Origin: a virus
Taxonomy: Duplodnaviria; Caudoviricetes
Reading direction: 5' to 3' (one strand)
Length of the DNA: 59,307 nucleotides
Virus record (IMG/VR): IMGVR_UViG_3300037722_000284
Location: 1 to 59,307 of that record
Below the pieces are notes generated by a model. The model saw nothing but the letters and a program-made list of their open reading frames with translations. It made no database searches and was not told where the DNA came from. This document shows, in pieces, positions 55,605 through 59,307 of this stretch. The translations under genes and the position numbers were made by a program. The stretch's first letter is position 1, and each line of letters begins with the position of its first letter.

Positions 55605-55954
55605 GTTTGGAATACAGCCGAGGGATCGTCGAGGTTGAGGAAACCAAGCGGAGGGCCGAAGAAACGGTCAGCGCGAAGATCGTCAACGGGCCGACAAGGA
55701 AGGCGCCGTACTCGCGTCGAGAGGCGAGAGATCGCGCGATCGGAGTGCGGGCCAGTCGGACAGACGATGGGCCTTGGGAGATCTATGTCACTTGGAAGAG
55801 GTTGAAGATTGACGGTGATTTCGCCCAGCGGGGCGCGGACACCGGGAGACTCGGAGCTTCATGGAACCGCACGGAGAGTCCCGAGATGATCGCGTTCGGA
55901 AAGACGTTGGCGCGCGAACTGGGGATCGAATGGGAGCCAGAGGACCAAAGATGA
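55601..55954 (+). CDS. Hypothetical protein
   Basis: GTGA-coupled. Confidence 0.55.
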   Translation: MSLEYSRGIVEVEETKRRAEETVSAKIVNGPTRKAPYSRREARDRAIGVRASRTDDGPWEIYVTWKRLKIDGDFAQRGADTGRLGASWNRTESPEMIAFGKTLARELGIEWEPEDQR

Positions 55955-56358
55955 AGACAACAACGAGGACAACCATGAAGCGGATCATTGCCCTACTACT
56001 CCTGGCTGTCGCCCTGACAGCCTGTGACTCCGACGCCCAGATCGCGTCCAGAAACCTGTCGCTCGCGGCAGACCAGTTCGAGATCGAAAGACGGGTCATC
56101 TTCCTCAACGGGATCACTGATGAATACATGCTCGTGATCGAAGGCCGATGCTCGATCGAAGACCAGGGGAATCAACTCGAAGTGACCTGCAAGATCGGGC
56201 CGGATGAATACAAGAAGCATTTCCTCGGACTGTCCGACAATGTGACGTACTTCGTTGAGCAGTTGGAAACCGCGGACGTGAGCGAGTATCGGTACCGTGT
56301 CGTGTTCAAGCCTGCGGCGATCGTGCCTGACATCGACCCTGAGCTTGGGGATGGATGA
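55951..56358 (+). CDS. Conserved phage lipoprotein
   Basis: Lipobox LTAC; NLS.AADQFEI.RRVIF.NGITD...YKKHFLGLSDNVTYFVEQ. Confidence 0.8.
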   Translation: MKTTTRTTMKRIIALLLLAVALTACDSDAQIASRNLSLAADQFEIERRVIFLNGITDEYMLVIEGRCSIEDQGNQLEVTCKIGPDEYKKHFLGLSDNVTYFVEQLETADVSEYRYRVVFKPAAIVPDIDPELGDG

Positions 56359-56367
56359 GGGGGAGAG

Positions 56368-56577
56368 ATGAGCGCGAGAGAATTGGCGAGAAGCAGCGAT
56401 GGCTCTGTGATCCATCGTGCCGATTGCCGATATGCGAGGGCTCCGTGGCGGTGGGCCGACGAGGCGACCGACGATCAACTGCTCCGGGTGAAGCTCATTG
56501 TGGGCCTACGCGTGTGCAAGGTCTGTCAGCCGTCGTTTCGTCGGGTCGAGCCTGTAGAGGGTGAGTGGAAGCCATGA
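56368..56577 (+). CDS. Small Zn-binding protein
   Basis: HRADC...CKVCQP. Confidence 0.6.
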   Translation: MSARELARSSDGSVIHRADCRYARAPWRWADEATDDQLLRVKLIVGLRVCKVCQPSFRRVEPVEGEWKP

Positions 56578-56756
56578 AGGTTTATCCCTCGGTGCTGGAC
56601 TTGAAGGAGGCCCGTCAGAATCTCGGAGCGCCAGCCGATTTGGTTGAGGCGCTAGTGGCGACAGGCATTGACGCTCTGTTCGCTCTGCTCGACGGTGAGG
56701 CTGTGGAGATTGGCGGCGTGCGGTATGTGCTGGCTGTAGAAGGCGAGGGGAAATAG
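56574..56756 (+). CDS. Hypothetical protein
   Basis: ATGA-coupled. Confidence 0.55.
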   Translation: MKVYPSVLDLKEARQNLGAPADLVEALVATGIDALFALLDGEAVEIGGVRYVLAVEGEGK

Positions 56757-56978
56757 ATGGGACTGCGACCTGACTTTGAACGCACCATGCTCGGATGGTT
56801 CTGGTTAGACCGAATCACGGCACCGATCACACACCCGTTCTTGCGATGGGCGACCTATCGAGCGAAGAAGAGGCTCGACGATGTGCTTGGAATCTATGGG
56901 AGCGGAAAGGAGCGGGATGCTGCTCGGATTGAGTTCTGGGAGCAGGCTGTAGGGGTGAGGGACGATGAGCCTGCGTGA
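56757..56978 (+). CDS. Hypothetical protein
   Basis: Abuts the previous stop; GAGGGG RBS. Confidence 0.5.
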   Translation: MGLRPDFERTMLGWFWLDRITAPITHPFLRWATYRAKKRLDDVLGIYGSGKERDAARIEFWEQAVGVRDDEPA

Positions 56979-57285
56979 AGTGATGACCGTCGAACTGTGT
57001 GAGCATGGCGAGGGCGTTGAGCATCCTGGTTGTCCTGGTGGTCGTGTCCTGTCTGACGCCGAAGCCCTCGTTGCCCTCGGCGTCCCCGAAGATCGACTGT
57101 CACCCGACCACATCGTCACCATCAGAGACGACTCGTGGCATATGGCTCATCCGATCTTCTGCAAGCTGGATGAATGCGAGTTTGATGCAGCGGCGAGAGG
57201 ATGGGAGCAGCAACCCGCCGAGACGCTGGGTAAGTACCGGTGGTCTGCCGTGGCCGAACCTTTCAGGAGGATGGAAGATGCGTGA
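56965..57285 (+). CDS. Hypothetical protein
   Basis: GAGGG RBS; CEHG...CPGG. Confidence 0.6.
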   Translation: MSLREVMTVELCEHGEGVEHPGCPGGRVLSDAEALVALGVPEDRLSPDHIVTIRDDSWHMAHPIFCKLDECEFDAAARGWEQQPAETLGKYRWSAVAEPFRRMEDA

Positions 57286-57466
57286 TACCTCCATCTATAT
57301 GCGTGATATCCCCACCGCCGACCTAGTAGCGGAACTGACCCGCCGTCAGGCGCTCCCCCGATGCTCTTGCGGTAAATGGCAGACCTACATCGGCTCGTAC
57401 GATCGGGACGGGTACACGATCCGCTGTCACGGGTGTCTGCGAGCAATCGGAGCCTGCACATGTTGA
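57278..57466 (+). CDS. Small Cys-rich protein
   Basis: AGGAGG RBS; CSC...CHGC...CTC. Confidence 0.6.
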   Translation: MRDTSIYMRDIPTADLVAELTRRQALPRCSCGKWQTYIGSYDRDGYTIRCHGCLRAIGACTC

Positions 57467-57840
57467 AGGAGCAATTAGCCCGAGAGTGGATGCGCGACCA
57501 TCCCGCGGAAGCTCTCAGGGCGCTCCTGTACGACGTGTGCGGGGAGTGCAAGAGCAGCCCGGTCAAGGGTCGGGTCTGGCGCAGCATCAACACTCCGATG
57601 GATGCCCACTACTACCCCTGTCCTGTCTGTGGTGGGAGCGGACGGGTGCCGAAAGACGGGGCTTTCAGCGTGGAGGTCGTAACGCCATCCACTCCTGACG
57701 TGGGGCCACATGGCGAACCGATCCAGCCCTATCCGTGGCTGACGGCTGACGGTGGCCGCATTGAACCGACACGATGCACCTTACGGGACGGCACCTACTG
57801 GATCATCTCCGCTTCGATGCTGGAAGGAGAGAGCGAATGA
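57460..57840 (+). CDS. DnaJ-type Zn-finger-containing protein
   Basis: CGEC...CPVCGGSG. Confidence 0.6.
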   Translation: MLKEQLAREWMRDHPAEALRALLYDVCGECKSSPVKGRVWRSINTPMDAHYYPCPVCGGSGRVPKDGAFSVEVVTPSTPDVGPHGEPIQPYPWLTADGGRIEPTRCTLRDGTYWIISASMLEGESE

Positions 57841-58088
57841 CCGCGCCGACCCGAGAAGACATACGCATTGACACCCGAGAGTGGACGGGCTGCAAGACAT
57901 GCTGGTCGAACAAGAGCCACGTTGCCACCGATGCCGAACTCGCTGCGCTGGGCTACGTCAAGCTCGACGTGGACGTGGAGAAACTGAAAAAGATGGCTTC
58001 CGATCCTGATCCGAGGGAACACTTGATGGGGATGCTCAACTTGCTTTTCGTCGTTCTCGCAGCCCTCGACCCCGAAGGAGACACATGA
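57837..58088 (+). CDS. Hypothetical protein
   Basis: ATGA-coupled; CKTC. Confidence 0.6.
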   Translation: MTAPTREDIRIDTREWTGCKTCWSNKSHVATDAELAALGYVKLDVDVEKLKKMASDPDPREHLMGMLNLLFVVLAALDPEGDT

Positions 58089-58306
58089 TGAGCATCTTCA
58101 CGGTTTGCGATCACGGGTTAGTGCAAGATGCTTGCCGCCTCTGCAAGTGCGATCAATGCGGCGGCTCTGGACTCGTCGATGGTCACGGCCACCGCCCGCA
58201 TCCGAACGATACGGGAGAGTCCCACGACTGCTCGTCGTGCCCGTATCCATGCGGAACGTGTGGCGGTTCAGGCTTTACCGCCCTCGACCCGGAAGGAGAC
58301 TCCTGA
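58085..58306 (+). CDS. DnaJ-type CxxCxGxG Zn-finger miniprotein
   Basis: CDQCGGSG...CGTCGGSG; AAGGAG RBS. Confidence 0.65.
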   Translation: MMSIFTVCDHGLVQDACRLCKCDQCGGSGLVDGHGHRPHPNDTGESHDCSSCPYPCGTCGGSGFTALDPEGDS

Positions 58307-58497
58307 TGCCCCCTCATGAAGAAGCCCCGCTCGTCAGGCCGTGTTCTGCTAGCTCTGAGATATTCCGTGAAGGCCCAGAAGGGTTGCCGGTCCTCGCCGC
58401 CTCGTTCTACTGCATCTTAGAACTCGGCCATGACGGCTACCACCGCGACCTGTCTTGGGGCGTGTGGGAAGTGAATCCCGAAGGAGGCGCCAAATGA
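58306..58497 (+). CDS. Small hypothetical protein
   Basis: AAGGAG RBS; C..C.LELGHDGYH. Confidence 0.6.
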   Translation: MPPHEEAPLVRPCSASSEIFREGPEGLPVLAASFYCILELGHDGYHRDLSWGVWEVNPEGGAK

Positions 58498-58808
58498 GTG
58501 AACCAGTGAACCAACCAGTGAACCAACCAACCTGCGACGCCCGTTTCGGATGGGCGATCACGCGCCCCGAAGGAGTCCTGCTCGTCGACTGCGCCAAACC
58601 GCCCGCACACTTCGGATCCCATTCTGGGCCGTGGAATCACAACTATCCGGACACCGCGGGGCATACGACGATCACCTGGGAAGAGGACGACAGGCGCACG
58701 TTCCGCGGCGAATGGGCGCGGTGCGCGGAAGACGCGGCCAACCCGTTCGGGCATCCGACTACCTGCATCCTCCCGGCCAATCATCGCGGGGAGGAGCATT
58801 TCGGATGA
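58494..58808 (+). CDS. Hypothetical protein with repeated C..H.G.H motifs
   Basis: AAGGAGG RBS; CAKPPAHFGSH, CILPANHRG. Confidence 0.6.
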   Translation: MSEPVNQPVNQPTCDARFGWAITRPEGVLLVDCAKPPAHFGSHSGPWNHNYPDTAGHTTITWEEDDRRTFRGEWARCAEDAANPFGHPTTCILPANHRGEEHFG

Positions 58809-58918
58809 TGGGAGTGCGAACCGCGATCTGGAAGTTCATGGTGTTCTTCGATCTCGTCGAGCCAGTAGAAAGGATGATCATATGGGCGGTATCCAAGTTG
58901 GGGCACAAGGATGACTGA
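58805..58918 (+). CDS. Small peptide
   Basis: GAGGAG RBS, ATGA-coupled. Confidence 0.5.
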   Translation: MMGVRTAIWKFMVFFDLVEPVERMIIWAVSKLGHKDD

Positions 58919-59156
58919 CTGCATCCATGAGCTACCGAAACGCACCTGCTCGATCTGTCGGTCGAAGTCATCGTTCAAGTCGACAGTCCCGAACCTCCCT
59001 TCACGGTCGAGCGCGATGCGGGCGAGGATGGGTTCCCGCTGCTCCTACTGCGACGAGAGGATCGTCGAAGGGGACGAGATCTCGAACCTTGCGGGCGAAT
59101 GGGTTCATGCGGAGTGTGCGAGATGGCGGTCTGGTTCTACGCCATCGGGTTCGTGA
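58911..59156 (+). CDS. Small Zn-finger protein
   Basis: CIH...CSIC; CSYC...WVHAEC. Confidence 0.65.
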   Translation: MTDCIHELPKRTCSICRSKSSFKSTVPNLPSRSSAMRARMGSRCSYCDERIVEGDEISNLAGEWVHAECARWRSGSTPSGS

Positions 59157-59287
59157 TCCATACGATCCGCGCGGTCGGACTCGCGTTCGACCTCCCCGAC
59201 AGCGACTCGCGGTGGCATCGAGCGAACCTAAATGCCGCCTTTGCTGTTGTGTGCCTGACTTTGGCAACCGGCTGGCCGTTCAACTGA
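59123..59287 (+). CDS. Small two-TM membrane protein spanning the terminal repeat
   Basis: GGAG RBS; hydrophobic; its end is also present at 1-84. Confidence 0.5.
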   Translation: MAVWFYAIGFVIHTIRAVGLAFDLPDSDSRWHRANLNAAFAVVCLTLATGWPFN

Positions 59288-59307
59288 TCTAGTTCGCGAT
59301 TTCCCAC
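59204..59307. repeat. Terminal direct repeat, right copy
   Basis: Identical to 1-104. Confidence 0.97.

Larger units (their letters stand above)
1..59307. mobile_element. Complete tailed bacteriophage genome (siphovirus-like), probable Actinomycetota host
   Basis: Terminase, portal, scaffold, capsid, major tail, chaperone frameshift, tape measure and endolysin all present; no sheath gene; terminal overlap; WhiB. Confidence 0.95.

Noticed and set aside
55951-56358. Recombination directionality factor label that I recall being attached to this family
   Set aside because: It has a signal peptide and lipobox, and no integrase is present

Overview
The window is an apparently complete, circularly permuted dsDNA tailed-phage genome. 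Bases 1-104 repeat exactly at 59204-59307, giving a unit length of about 59,203 bp. It is GC-rich and siphovirus-like, and the host is most likely in Actinomycetota (WhiB, DUF3039-like gene, many leaderless promoters; an SLH endolysin points to an S-layer-bearing host such as Acidimicrobiia, by inference). Layout: inverted terS/terL (780-2910); rightward head, accessory fibre, neck, tail and lysis genes (2970-28357); a leftward DNA-metabolism arm with WhiB, MTase, UDG, ERCC4, AAA ATPase, exonuclease, MazG-like, SWIM-DinG and RHH (28412-42783); an AT-rich repeat region (42.85-43.33 kb); leftward small acidic genes including ArdA-like and SSB (43.9-51.3 kb); a non-coding divergence point rich in TGACTAGTCA palindromes (51.4-52.3 kb); and a rightward arm of small genes ending in a secreted lytic transglycosylase. 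I saw no integrase, DNA polymerase, primase, canonical prohead protease, tRNA or CRISPR array. The most notable observations are four. (1) Scaffold and major capsid protein share a 15-aa leader motif ending LxLxG-S[DE], with no prohead protease but an intact JAB/MPN+ peptidase in the neck module. (2) A capsid-adjacent fibre module is built around a 30 x 20-aa repeat protein. (3) An intergenic CTCTACTCG element recurs at promoters. (4) The divergence point carries a palindrome array and a structured segment. All functional calls come from motif recognition by eye; no database searches were run.
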